The notes: generated from the letters alone by a model not told the origin. A stretch of 64,000 bases of DNA from an uncultured cyanobacterium (GCA_963740315.1 CAVUDP010000002.1:96001-160000), one strand, 5' to 3'. Numbered from the stretch's first letter, positions 29,903 to 40,578 are shown. Translations and numbers: made by a program.

Positions 29903-30177
29903 GTGAACCGAACGGCCATATTAGCATATTGTAAGAATTAGCTTCGTTGATAATAACTTTGGATAGTCTCTTCTTGAGCGATCGATGGTATGGTGCTAGC
30001 GTGCTTACTATAGCAAGTGCGCTAGGTCGCAACGTGTATACGAACGCTATGGTATTCCCTTCGTCGCTTCGTGTCAAGGTTTGCGTCGTCTCCATTCAAC
30101 AGCCGCACGGCCCATAGGTCTGGACCAATGACTTCTTCATCAGCGTCAACATCCCGCAGGCACGAAACACGGCCACC

Positions 30178-30260
30178 AAAAAGCCGGGTGAGAGGGTTCC
30201 CTTAAAAGTTTTTTCAGGAGGAAAAAACTTTTAAGGCTGCCCGTCATGCCCCGGCTTTTT
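30178..30260 (-). terminator. long nested hairpin downstream of sbtB
   Basis: AAAAAGCCGGG...CCCGGCTTTTT enclosing CCTTAAAAGTTTTTTC...GAAAAAACTTTTAAGG. Confidence 0.6.
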
Positions 30261-30284
30261 AGGTTCGATCGACTGGGTTTTGAG

Positions 30285-30602
30285 TTAGAACTTGTGCGCG
30301 TGCAGTACCTCCATCACGTCACAGAGATAGGCGATGCCCGAATAATCGTCGAAAAACTGCGCTGCGACCTCATCCGAAATCTTCACAGCCATATCCCGAT
30401 TGGGAGTGAGCACCTCGAACTTTACATTCGAGTAAGCCTCGGAAACGGTGGGTCGTCCCGACGAGCGCATATTGCGACTGCCTTTACCGCCAGCGTCCAC
30501 CACCGTATAACCGGTAGCCCCGGCTTCGTCGATAATGTTGGCGACTTGTTTGAGCAGCACCTTTTCCGTGACGATGACGAGCTTGCTGGCTCTCTGGGTC
30601 AT
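30285..30602 (-). CDS. sbtB: PII-like SbtB
   Basis: [11 protein letters not shown]...[17 protein letters not shown]...NVKFEVLT; adjacent to sbtA; no C-terminal CGPxGC extension. Confidence 0.93.
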   Translation of the reverse strand: MTQRASKLVIVTEKVLLKQVANIIDEAGATGYTVVDAGGKGSRNMRSSGRPTVSEAYSNVKFEVLTPNRDMAVKISDEVAAQFFDDYSGIAYLCDVMEVLHAHKF

Positions 30603-30745
30603 GTGTTTTACCTCTCGATGTGTGTATTGATTAAACTACATAGAAACTCAGGCAAACGTCAACACGGCGGCGCGATCGCAACGATCTAGCCGCCGTGTTG
30701 GTTGCCCGGTTAGGGGAGCATCGGCAGACCGCAACCCGTCTGGAA

Positions 30746-31885
30746 TCAGCCACCTCCCAGCGCCTGGGCAAGCCCCATGAAGAGCGGTATTCCCAAGGCA
30801 AGCGCAACCGGCGTGCCGACAGCTGTAGACGCGCCGATGTAGGCAGAGGGGTTGGCCGACGGGATACCGGCTCGCAAAGTGGGCGGACCTGAGATGTCTG
30901 AACTGGAGGCGGCGATGACGGCTAAGATCACAACGCCGCCAAGGCTGAATCCCGTGGTGTAGTGGGCAATCATGCCGAAGCCGAAGGCGAGCAACCCATG
31001 CAGCAGCGGTGCTACAAAGGCATACACGGCGTACCACTGGGCTACCGTGCGTAGCTCTTTAACCCTTGCAGCCGCTTCCATACCCATGATCAGCATCAGT
31101 ACCGAAAGCAGTCCGCGAAAGAGCGGCTCGTAGAAGCTTTGATAGACACTTTCCGGCTTGGTCAGCAGACCTAAAGCGAGGCCGAGTAGCAGTGCCGATA
31201 GGGCAGAACCCTGGAGGCTTTCCTTGACGATGGGCCATATCTTGACCCGCTGACGCTGCTTGCTGGGATACCCGCGTGCGACAATACCCCCCTGCTTGAT
31301 GCTAGTAGAAACGCCTGCGTTACCGCGCTGCTTGCTGAGATACTCCTGCTTGCTAAGATACTCCTGCTCGCTGAGATACTCGTCGTCTGCGGTATCGCGC
31401 CGCTTGCCGCTATAAATGCTGGCCAAGACGATCGCAGTCACGAGCGCTGGGATGTCCATGAAAGGATAGAGTGCGGCTGCCCAGGGTTCGTATGGGATCT
31501 TTTGCACTTCCAATAGCGTCAGGGCGGCAGCGAGGGTAGAGCCACTCACGGCACCGAACAAGCCCGCAGTCGCAATGCCATCCTCGGTTTTGACTTTCGG
31601 CAGCATGCACAATGTGTAGCGCCCGATGAACACGATAAGTATCCCTATCACCACGGCGAACAACGCAGGCAACAGGATCTCTGCCAGATTGGAGTCGCGG
31701 ATCGCCTGTCCACCAGTCAGTCCGACTTTAATCAGTAGCATGAAGACGATGAACTTATATACCGGATCTGGAATTGATAGTCGGCTACCGAGGGAGGCAA
31801 CGATCATGCCACCAATCAGAAAGCCGAGTGTCGGGGACTGTAACTGCCCCAAGAATTTCGTAAAGAAATCGGTCAAAAATTCCAC
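30746..31885 (-). CDS. sbtA: Na+-dependent bicarbonate transporter SbtA
   Basis: QLQSPTLGFLIGG, FGAVSGSTL, YPFMDIPAL, ASSSDISGPPTLRAGIPSANPSAYIGASTAVGTP; likely GTG start at 31885 after AGGAG. Confidence 0.95.
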   Translation of the reverse strand: MEFLTDFFTKFLGQLQSPTLGFLIGGMIVASLGSRLSIPDPVYKFIVFMLLIKVGLTGGQAIRDSNLAEILLPALFAVVIGILIVFIGRYTLCMLPKVKTEDGIATAGLFGAVSGSTLAAALTLLEVQKIPYEPWAAALYPFMDIPALVTAIVLASIYSGKRRDTADDEYLSEQEYLSKQEYLSKQRGNAGVSTSIKQGGIVARGYPSKQRQRVKIWPIVKESLQGSALSALLLGLALGLLTKPESVYQSFYEPLFRGLLSVLMLIMGMEAAARVKELRTVAQWYAVYAFVAPLLHGLLAFGFGMIAHYTTGFSLGGVVILAVIAASSSDISGPPTLRAGIPSANPSAYIGASTAVGTPVALALGIPLFMGLAQALGGG

Positions 31886-32386
31886 GTTGTAATTTCTCCT
31901 TAATTTCATATTTTAGGGGTCAGGACGGTAGCCAAGCGTGGCATGGAAGAACCGCTTTATTGCTTATTGCCCCAATTACCGTAACTTTCGCTCTTCTATA
32001 GAACGGTTTAAAATCATAAATCGCAATGCGTTCACCTTTATGTACGGCGATCGCTACGTGCATAGATTCGCGGCTCTACTAAGTAGAACACCCATTTCAT
32101 CAATAAAGACTAAATAATCTTTAGTCTATTTGTTTAACTTATTTCCAATATTCACTTCTTAAATTTTGGTTTCGTTGTGTCCTTGCTTGTCTACTACGCA
32201 GCGTCTTTTTTTATTGTTTAATTTTGCTTCTTCAACCCACCACACATTGTACTTGTATTTACCCTGCGGATTGTAGGTTCTAGCCCAATATTCGCAATAT
32301 TCCGCCCTCAAGTTTTGTCTGGGTACCCTTCAAGCATCGCAGCTAGTTGAACATCATATCCATCCTGCCTCACCTTTATAACGAAT

Positions 32387-32560
32387 AGGCGCTTGTTCGG
32401 AATTAATAATTGCCACTGGTTCTGCTATTGTTGCATTTTGGGTGTTACCAACTCCCGCTTATGGTGGATTCCCCATGCAACCTTTGAGCAAAACTGCCCC
32501 CGCTGATAACCCAGCTGTTACAAGAAATTTGCTTCGACAAACTGAATTAAAGTCCGTCAC
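32387..32560 (-). pseudogene. cmpA: N-terminal stub of CmpA/NrtA-type substrate-binding lipoprotein
   Basis: GGAG RBS, GTG, MTDFNSVCRSKFLVTAGLSAGAVLLKGCMGNPP*AGVGNTQNATIAEPVAIINSEQAP: degenerate Tat signal, LKGC lipobox, GNPP as recalled for Nostocales CmpA; internal stop, remainder absent. Confidence 0.7.
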
Positions 32561-32871
32561 TGTCGTCTCCTTTAAATAGTTCTATGTTTTTTTAGACATT
32601 ACAAAACTTAAACTAAACTACTGGAATTTGCTAATATCAAAACGTTTGACTTGCTCTTAAAACAGCAAGCAGCAAGAGCGCAAATATCAATCTAGTCTGC
32701 TTTGGAAAAAACTCGTAGCAAAGAATTAGATTTACGATGCAATTAACGTAAATCTGTTCGCTGGTTTGTTTTTTTACATTCTTAACTGGTGTTAAAACTA
32801 GAATACAACGTTTAGCATAAAAAATATATACCCTAAATCGGTAATTATTAAAAAAATATAATATTAGTTAC

Positions 32872-32887
32872 ATAAGTAAAACTTTAT
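32872..32887. promoter_or_regulatory. possible LysR (CmpR/NdhR-type) box upstream of the cmpA stub
   Basis: ATAA-N8-TTAT (ATAAGTAAAACTTTAT). Confidence 0.35.
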
Positions 32888-33313
32888 AGTTGCCAAATAA
32901 TCATAGCTTTACTGAATCCATCATCAATAAAATACAATCATAATGATTGATGTGAATCTATGATTGAGTTTTTTCCATGAATAGCATAGACCCAACTACG
33001 GTAGTTACAAAAATTTACGTGAAAGTGAATGATTGGTATGGACAATCATATATAGCAAGTCATTATCACCTTCGTGCCAATTGAGAAACACAATTTTGAG
33101 CTTTTATGCGTGCGAACTATCTAGAATGGTTTCTAAATTTACGCAGACCTTAGCTAGTTCAATGCTTGCGACACATGGATGAACGGTTAGAAAGATTACT
33201 ACCTAATTGAGTATAAAGACTTAGGAGGTTTAACAGAAACCCATCTTATGATTGCCACAAAACCTATACCTGTAATTGGATTAAAGCGCGATCGGCGCTA
33301 TAGCGTTCGACTA

Positions 33314-35410
33314 TCAACCCGAATGCGGTTCCCCGAATAAAACCATCGAACAATTTATTGATGAAAGTAGCTTATTAGTTACGTCGCTAACTGCTAATCC
33401 TCCGGCTGTACGACGGCGCATAGAACGCAAGATTACCATGTCGTAGGATTTCGCTTGGTTAATAATAACTTTTGCTACGTCATCGTGACGAATTGTTTGA
33501 ATTACTACTTCTTTGCGAGATTTGCTGTTACTTAGATATGAGGATAGTTCTGATTCAAATAAAACGATTTCTTTCTCAGAGGTTTTACGCGGACGGACGT
33601 GCAGTAATGTTACGGATGCTTGGTTTGTATCGGCAAAAAATTGAGCAAATTGGATTACACGTAAGATTTGAGGTGTATTGCCTCCTACGGGAACAAGAAT
33701 GCGATGAATGTTTATTGGTTCATTTAGCAAGCGCATTACCGCAACCGGGCAATGTGCAGCCCAAAAGACGTTATCAATAACATTACCAAGTAAACGAGCT
33801 TGCAAGCTGCTGTTTCGACTCCAACCCATAACAATTAAATCGGCATTTTGTTCTCTGGCTGCACGACTAATTCCGCGTGCAATATCATCATCAATACGAA
33901 TCATTGGTTTAGCTTCAGCTTCAAATTCTTGACTAATTGTTAAAGCTTGCTGTAATAATTGTTTGCTTCGTTTGATGGAAAATTTTAACTGTGGATCGTC
34001 CATATGAACGTGGGCTTTCGGAATCGATAAAGGCACAACTATTCCTTTTTCATGGCGGGCTAATAATGCTCCCATTTCAATCAAATATCTTTGGGTTTGG
34101 GGATTGTAAACGGGTACTACTACTTTGAACAGATTGTTGTAATTCAAATTATCGGTATCTAAACTGAATTCTGCTTCTGCATCTACTTCTTGCGTTTGAG
34201 ATTTTTTTTCTAAACTTGCTTTGGGTATAGTTAATTTACTTCCAAATTTTGCTGTTAATATCGGACCTAAAATAGCCGTAACTAGCATTAAAACGATTAC
34301 AGTGTTAAAAACAGCATCTGTAATAATTCCAGCAGTTTTACCTACTAATGCAGCAGCTAAAGTTGCAGCTACTTGAGGTAAGGATAAAGACCACATTGTT
34401 AAGGTTTCATTCCAGTTATAGCCATAAAGTAGTTTAGCTATGAATGCAGCCAGAAATTTACTCAGAATTAATGCACCAACAATTGCGATCGTTAAAGGTA
34501 ATTGAGTACTAAGACTGGATACAAATCCGGATAAATTTATCAGCAATCCCATCCCGACGAAGAAAAACGGAATAAATAAGGTACTTCCAACAAATTCCAC
34601 TTTTTCCTCTACCGGGGAATGTCCGACTACATCATTTACAGCTAAACCTGCTAAGAATGCTCCGACAATTTTATCTACATTAATAATTTCTGCTCCTACT
34701 GAAGCTAAAAATACTGCTAATAAAACGAACAAAAATTGATTGCTTTGTTCGTCTCCAGTACGACGAAAATATTCTTTACCAGCCCAGTCAAAACCGAATA
34801 AAACTATTGCTGCGTAAATTGCTAAAGTTGTTAATTGGATAGTTAAACTAACAGCAGAAAATTCTCCAGCGCTAATGGAAACGCAAATTGCGAGTACTAA
34901 TAATGCCGCAATATCGGTAAAAATGGTTGCCCCTATAGTTACGGTAACGGCTTGATTGCTGGTGACTCCCAAACGGGTAACTATAGGAAATCCTAAGAGA
35001 GTATGAGAAGCAAGCAGAGAACCAATTAAAATTGAAGCATTCCAATCAAAATTAAAAAATCTTCCTACCATAGCCCCAAAAATTAGGGGAATGAGAAAAG
35101 TCGCAATTCCAAAGCCTAAAGAACGATCTTTATTTTTACGAAAGTCTTCTAAATCTATTTCTAAACCAGCAACGAACATGAGATAAATTTTACCAATGTC
35201 CGACAGCAATTTCATGGTTTCAGTTTCTGCATTTAAGATACCTAAACCATCAGGACCTAAAACGACTCCTGCTGCTAATAATCCAACTAATCCCGGAAGT
35301 CGCAAACGTTCAAAAATTGGCGGTACTACCAAAATTACTAATAAAAGAATCGTAAAAGCAATTAAGGGACTCTTGGCAAACTGTTGCAATATTTGTTCCA
35401 TAAGAATCAA
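33314..35410 (-). CDS. CPA2 cation/H+ antiporter with C-terminal universal-stress-protein-like domains
   Basis: LMFVAGLEID, GATIFTDIAAL, IVGAFLAGL, LFIPFFFVGMG; soluble ADLIVMGW...AHCPVAVMR tail. Confidence 0.92.
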   Translation of the reverse strand: MILMEQILQQFAKSPLIAFTILLLVILVVPPIFERLRLPGLVGLLAAGVVLGPDGLGILNAETETMKLLSDIGKIYLMFVAGLEIDLEDFRKNKDRSLGFGIATFLIPLIFGAMVGRFFNFDWNASILIGSLLASHTLLGFPIVTRLGVTSNQAVTVTIGATIFTDIAALLVLAICVSISAGEFSAVSLTIQLTTLAIYAAIVLFGFDWAGKEYFRRTGDEQSNQFLFVLLAVFLASVGAEIINVDKIVGAFLAGLAVNDVVGHSPVEEKVEFVGSTLFIPFFFVGMGLLINLSGFVSSLSTQLPLTIAIVGALILSKFLAAFIAKLLYGYNWNETLTMWSLSLPQVAATLAAALVGKTAGIITDAVFNTVIVLMLVTAILGPILTAKFGSKLTIPKASLEKKSQTQEVDAEAEFSLDTDNLNYNNLFKVVVPVYNPQTQRYLIEMGALLARHEKGIVVPLSIPKAHVHMDDPQLKFSIKRSKQLLQQALTISQEFEAEAKPMIRIDDDIARGISRAAREQNADLIVMGWSRNSSLQARLLGNVIDNVFWAAHCPVAVMRLLNEPINIHRILVPVGGNTPQILRVIQFAQFFADTNQASVTLLHVRPRKTSEKEIVLFESELSSYLSNSKSRKEVVIQTIRHDDVAKVIINQAKSYDMVILRSMRRRTAGGLAVSDVTNKLLSSINCSMVLFGEPHSG

Positions 35411-35782
35411 CTTTGAAAAGGGAGTAGGGAGTAGGGAGTAAGGAGTAGGTAAAAGGATCTAGATAGCGCGTAGTAATAAAAGCCAATATTAATCAATAAT
35501 GTTTTTTTTGTCGAATAATTAGGATTCTGTGAAATTAGTTTAACAAGCTTTCCCATAATAAATTTGGCATAAAAGGTATTAGTTTTAATTAAAAAACAAA
35601 GGTATTGAACATAAAAATTTAGCTAAATTTATACTTGTTATACTGAATTATAAATCGTCAATATAATATATACTCTTGTGATTCAAAAAGAACATTACCT
35701 ATTCCCTACTCCCTCTCACAAAAAAAAGCCACCCCTTGAGGCGACTTGGTTGCTTTTACTTTCTTAAAAAAGTCTTGAATAT

Positions 35783-37153
35783 TTAACTAGCAGCATCTGC
35801 TTCTTCTACAGGTTTAACTGGATCTTTAAACGCAATCCGTAAAAAAGGCGGTGCTAAAAAGGTTGTCAAAATCACCATAATAATAATTGCAGCTTGCAAG
35901 GGTTTATCAAGTGCGCCGCTAGCTGCACCAATTCCCGCAAATACCAGTCCAACTTCTCCCCGTGGAATCATTCCTACACCGATCGCCAAACGATTAATTC
36001 CCGGTTTCCCGAAGACTGCCCAACCCGTGATTACTTTACCGATTATCGCGACTACAATCAAAAATAACGCTAAAACTAAACCTTGACGATTTTCGGGAAC
36101 TATAGGATTAAGTACGCTTAAATCAACGCTGGCTCCCACAGTCACGAAGAAAATCGGCACCAGTATATCTGCAATGGGAATCACCTGCTCGTCTAATTCG
36201 TTGCGTTTATCGGTTTCATCCAAAACCAAGCCAGCAGCGAAAGCACCTAAAATCGCTTCTAAGTGGATGGCGTTAGCAACAAAAGACATGAACAAGGCAA
36301 AGATAAACGCCGGAATTACGATGTTTCCTCTGGTTTTGAATAATTCGGCAGTAAATACGAAGCTTTTATTGAAGAATTTACCCAGTAAAATCGAACCGAT
36401 TAGAAAAGCGCTGGCACTAATAATTAGATAAATGACATTGAAAATATCAACTTCACCAGTTTTAGCCAAACTCGCCACTACTGCTAAAACGATAATACCC
36501 AAAACGTCATCTATTACCGCCGCACCGACAATAATTTGACCTTCTGCTGATTTGAGATGTCCTAATTCCGATAAAACTTTCGAGGTAATACCAATACTAG
36601 TTGCAGTTAAAGCCGCACCTGCAAAAACAGCCGGAATTGTCGGCACGTTAAACAAAAACATCAAACCCGCAGTACCACCTACAAAAGGAGCAACAACTCC
36701 CACTATTGCGACAACTGCTGCTTGATAACCGACTTTTTGTAGTTCCCTTAAATCGGATTCTAAACCAATTTCAAACAGCAGCACAATTACACCTAATTCT
36801 GCCAAAATTGAAATTGCTTCGCTCTGACTTGCAAAAATTGACGTTGCCGCTTCCGGACTAATATCATCAAAAAGTTGTAAAGCACTCATTACCAGGGAGT
36901 TGGAAGCAGTGCCACCGCTTTCGGGAAACACAATCAAATTTAGTGCCGAAGCACCGACTACTACACCACCAACTAATTCACCTAAAACTGGGGGAAGATC
37001 CAGCATTCTGGATAACTCACCACCTAGTTTACTAGCGAGATAAATTACAATTAAACTCAGTAATACCCCTGCAAGAACAAAGGGTGCATTCTCAGCTTCG
37101 GTCGTTGCCAGGAAGTAATTTCCCGGCGCAATCAGTTCAAGTGGATAATTCAT
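35783..37153 (-). CDS. nhaS3: Na+/H+ antiporter NhaS3-like
   Basis: LLFEIGLESD, ATSIGIT, GAAVIDDVLG, GVGMIPRGEVGL. Confidence 0.9.
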   Translation of the reverse strand: MNYPLELIAPGNYFLATTEAENAPFVLAGVLLSLIVIYLASKLGGELSRMLDLPPVLGELVGGVVVGASALNLIVFPESGGTASNSLVMSALQLFDDISPEAATSIFASQSEAISILAELGVIVLLFEIGLESDLRELQKVGYQAAVVAIVGVVAPFVGGTAGLMFLFNVPTIPAVFAGAALTATSIGITSKVLSELGHLKSAEGQIIVGAAVIDDVLGIIVLAVVASLAKTGEVDIFNVIYLIISASAFLIGSILLGKFFNKSFVFTAELFKTRGNIVIPAFIFALFMSFVANAIHLEAILGAFAAGLVLDETDKRNELDEQVIPIADILVPIFFVTVGASVDLSVLNPIVPENRQGLVLALFLIVVAIIGKVITGWAVFGKPGINRLAIGVGMIPRGEVGLVFAGIGAASGALDKPLQAAIIIMVILTTFLAPPFLRIAFKDPVKPVEEADAAS

Positions 37154-37496
37154 TGACGTATTAATTTATTCTCCGATTAAAGTCTTGACTAGAGCGAGTT
37201 TATCAGAATTTCTTAGTTATTTTTATTGAATTTCGTAACTTCTATAACTTCTATAACTTCTATAACTCCTTTAAAATATGTATTTTGTAATCTCCGTTAC
37301 TTCTAACTTTCAGACAAATATAGCAACGGATATTAAGGTTGGAACATCATATTTTGATTCAAAGGGAATGAGGCAATTAAAAAAAAAGTACTTGTGCCAA
37401 CATTCAATTAAACATTTCGTTTAGGTAGGGAGTAGTCCGAGGTTATATATAGGTAATCGGCAATAAAACTAGCGTGCCGAAATACTACCGTTATAT

Positions 37497-39236
37497 TTAC
37501 TGTCCGAATGCAGTTTCGTTGAATCCAGTAGTGGGATAGTTCGACGAAACATCATCGCTGCGATAGCTCACCAAGTTGAGTGCTTGCTTTAATGCTTCTT
37601 CACGAGAGCTAACTATATGATGTGGAGGCAAAATACTGAAGATTCCCAGTTTTTGCAATCTCTGCTTAATCTTGCCTGTAGCGCCGACAATAAATACGTG
37701 ACGACCTTTATCTACAGCGTCTTTAATCGCATTTTCTACCGCTAAAGAACTTGTTACGCCGAGATGTGGAACTTCACTCAAGTCTAAAATTAATACATCA
37801 TGATCTTTCATCGCGGTTTGTTCGCGGGCGATCGCCTTAGCAACACCGAATATCATCGGTCCTTCTAATTGGAACAGCAACACGCGATTGTTAGCACGAT
37901 CCAATAAATCTCTTTCTACATCGTTTAAGAGAATTGCATCGTCTGCATCGGTAACTGTCTTCACATCTTCAGAACGCAGGTTACTTAAACGTTCGATCGT
38001 CAAGATATTCGCAACGAATACCCCAACACCAACCGCAACGATTAAGTCAACAAATACAGTGAGAATTATCACGCCGTACATAATCAAGGCAGCTTTGGGA
38101 GATACCTTATGAGCGCGTTTGAGGAAGCTCCAGTCGATAATGTTTACACCTACTTTCAACGCGATCGCTGCTAATACCGCTAAAGGTATTACAGAAGTTA
38201 AAGGTGCAGCGAATAATACTACAACCAACAAAATCAATGCACGAGTTATACCAGAAAGCGCCGTGCGAGCGCCTGTTTCAATGTTAACAACCGTTCCCAT
38301 TGTCGCACCAGCACCAGCAATACCGCCAAATAATCCAGAAGCGATATTACCTATACCTTGACCGATTAATTCTTTATTAGAATCGTGTTCCGTGCGAGTC
38401 AAACTATCGGCAACTACTGATGTCAGTAAGGCATCAATAGAACCCAACATACCCAAAACCAAAGCGTCGATCAGCATGGTTTGGAATTCTCCTGCACTAA
38501 ATACAGGCATTACGAATTGAGGTAAGCCGGCTGCAACTTCGCCAACATCACTAATTCTACGGATATCAGCATTGCCAAAGAAAACAAGAGAAACAACTGT
38601 TCCTATAACTAAAGCCGATAACTGCGGGGGAATAAACTTATTTATCTGCTTGGGAGAAAATACCAGAATGGCGATCGTTAACAAAGCCAAAATGGTTTCA
38701 AGAGGTTGAATATTTGCGATCAGGTTGGGTATATTTTGCACCGTACCCATCACCCCACCCCCAGGACTTTTCTGTCCTAAAAACGGTGCTGTTTGCAGAA
38801 TAATTAGAATTATTCCAATTCCCGACATGAAACCCGAAACCACCGTATAAGGCATTAAAGTAACGTATCTTCCCAACTTTAATGCTCCAAGGATAATTTG
38901 AATTATCCCAGCCATTACAACTACCGTAAAAGCCATCGCTAACCCAGTTTCTCTGTCTGGAGCAGCATCTGTTAAGTGTATAATTACCGCAGTCATTACC
39001 ACCGTCATCGGTCCGGTAGGTTCGGAAATTAATGTTGGAGTACCACCGAAGAGGGCTGCAAAAAAACCAACAAGAATAGCACCATAAAGTCCAGCAGCAG
39101 GACCTGCACCGGAAGCTACCCCGAAAGCTAACGCCATCGGTAAAGCAATAATTGCAGCTGTTAAACCTCCAAATATGTCACCGCGCAGGTTCCTAAAATG
39201 GATTTGATTGGTTATTTGCATATTCTTCTCTACCAT
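37497..39236 (-). CDS. bicA: SulP-family bicarbonate transporter BicA
   Basis: MQITNQIHFRNLRGDIFGG, ISEPTGPMT, NKELIGQGIGN, GAGATMGT, STAS domain. Confidence 0.95.
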   Translation of the reverse strand: MVEKNMQITNQIHFRNLRGDIFGGLTAAIIALPMALAFGVASGAGPAAGLYGAILVGFFAALFGGTPTLISEPTGPMTVVMTAVIIHLTDAAPDRETGLAMAFTVVVMAGIIQIILGALKLGRYVTLMPYTVVSGFMSGIGIILIILQTAPFLGQKSPGGGVMGTVQNIPNLIANIQPLETILALLTIAILVFSPKQINKFIPPQLSALVIGTVVSLVFFGNADIRRISDVGEVAAGLPQFVMPVFSAGEFQTMLIDALVLGMLGSIDALLTSVVADSLTRTEHDSNKELIGQGIGNIASGLFGGIAGAGATMGTVVNIETGARTALSGITRALILLVVVLFAAPLTSVIPLAVLAAIALKVGVNIIDWSFLKRAHKVSPKAALIMYGVIILTVFVDLIVAVGVGVFVANILTIERLSNLRSEDVKTVTDADDAILLNDVERDLLDRANNRVLLFQLEGPMIFGVAKAIAREQTAMKDHDVLILDLSEVPHLGVTSSLAVENAIKDAVDKGRHVFIVGATGKIKQRLQKLGIFSILPPHHIVSSREEALKQALNLVSYRSDDVSSNYPTTGFNETAFGQ

Positions 39237-39538
39237 CTTTTGAGTAATAATTGTTTTTTTTAGATTTATACAATAATTTTCCTAACCTGCTCTAGCATTA
39301 AATCTTGGCAAGCAATAAAACAAACTATTATTGGCGATCGGTTATTCAATTAGCAAAAAATTTCCCACAAAACCCCGATCTATAGTAAATATCGTCTTGG
39401 ATAATAAAGAATATTACCATTATGATGATGAATTTTTACTTGATTATTTTGAGACCAGAACATAATTAGTCAAATTGCATTGCTAATAAGTCTAAGCTAA
39501 TCATAGATTGATTTCTTTACGATCTTTTAATGATTTAC

Positions 39539-39554
39539 ATAGATGTTACTCTAT
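39539..39554. promoter_or_regulatory. NdhR/CcmR-type operator upstream of bicA
   Basis: Perfect ATAG-N8-CTAT (ATAGATGTTACTCTAT); near match ATAGATTGATTTCTTT at 39503. Confidence 0.65.
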
Positions 39555-39711
39555 GAAAGTATTATTTGCTATAACCAATAATACGACAAATGTGTAAAAA
39601 GTAAATAAGTAAATCTTTAAATTTACGAATAAATATTGAAGTTTTAACTTATCAAGTATCAGCGATCGCAGAATAGGCAATAGTTAAAAGTAAAGATTTA
39701 TTGCTTTTACT

Positions 39712-40578
39712 TTATTTTTGATAAAGGTTTTGCTGCAAGGTTTGACGCATCACATCTACAGGGACTGTCTCTTGTTGTAGCCATATCTTTAAAGCTGCTG
39801 CACCTTGTTGAACTAACATCTCTAAACCGTCGATCGCAGTTTTATCTGCAAGTTGGGCGTATTCTAAAAATTTTGTGGGGCTGGGAGTATAAATTAAATC
39901 GTAGACAATTGTATCTTTTGGTAGATGCGCGAATAACTCTGCGTCCACTGGTGAATTTTCAACTTGGGGATACATCCCGATGGGGGTGGTGTTAATTAAC
40001 AGGTTTGCTTGTTGAATTATTTCTGGTAAAGAATCCCATTGATGAACTTGTAAATTTACTTGTATTGGGGAATCTTTCCAACTATCGCGGAATTCTTTTA
40101 ACTTTTGTAAATTACGTCCTACCACATGAATTGACGCACAACCCAATTGAGCGCAACCTGCAACAACTGCTCTGGCGGCACCACCATTACCTAAAATTAC
40201 GGCATTTGTTTGACTCCAATCTTTGGTAAGCGATCGCAACGGTGCAATAAAGCCTTCGACATCAGTATTCGTGCCGATCCATTTATCATTTCTACGAACA
40301 ACTGTATTTACCGCACCTACAGCGATCGCGATCGGTTCGATTTGTGAAAGTAAAGGTATTATTGCCTGTTTGTGGGGAATAGTAGCGTTAAATCCGACAA
40401 CGTTAATAGCTGCAAATCCATCGAGGGCTTGTTTTAAATTCTGCGGTTGAACGGGAAAAGGAAGATAAATATAATTTAAACCCAACTTCGCCAAAGCTGC
40501 ATTCTGCATGACTGGCGATCGCGAATGTTCTACCGGATGTCCGATTATTCCAAGTAATTTAGTTGTACCCGTAATCAT
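39712..40578 (-). CDS. aroE: shikimate dehydrogenase
   Basis: GHPVEHSRSP, NATIPHK, GAVNT, NTDVEG, GNGGAARA, NTTPIGM, DGLEMLVQQG. Confidence 0.96.
   Translation of the reverse strand: MITGTTKLLGIIGHPVEHSRSPVMQNAALAKLGLNYIYLPFPVQPQNLKQALDGFAAINVVGFNATIPHKQAIIPLLSQIEPIAIAVGAVNTVVRRNDKWIGTNTDVEGFIAPLRSLTKDWSQTNAVILGNGGAARAVVAGCAQLGCASIHVVGRNLQKLKEFRDSWKDSPIQVNLQVHQWDSLPEIIQQANLLINTTPIGMYPQVENSPVDAELFAHLPKDTIVYDLIYTPSPTKFLEYAQLADKTAIDGLEMLVQQGAAALKIWLQQETVPVDVMRQTLQQNLYQK

Noticed and set aside
29874..30095. 73-aa CDS at the island edge
   Set aside because: Runs into the fossil antiporter tail, has no recognisable motif, and is probably junction debris
30246..31892. Overlapping ORFs 30246-30689, 30648-31037, 30695-30892, 31410-31610, 31626-31892
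   Set aside because: Shadow ORFs of GC-rich sbtAB with few stop codons; no recognisable motifs
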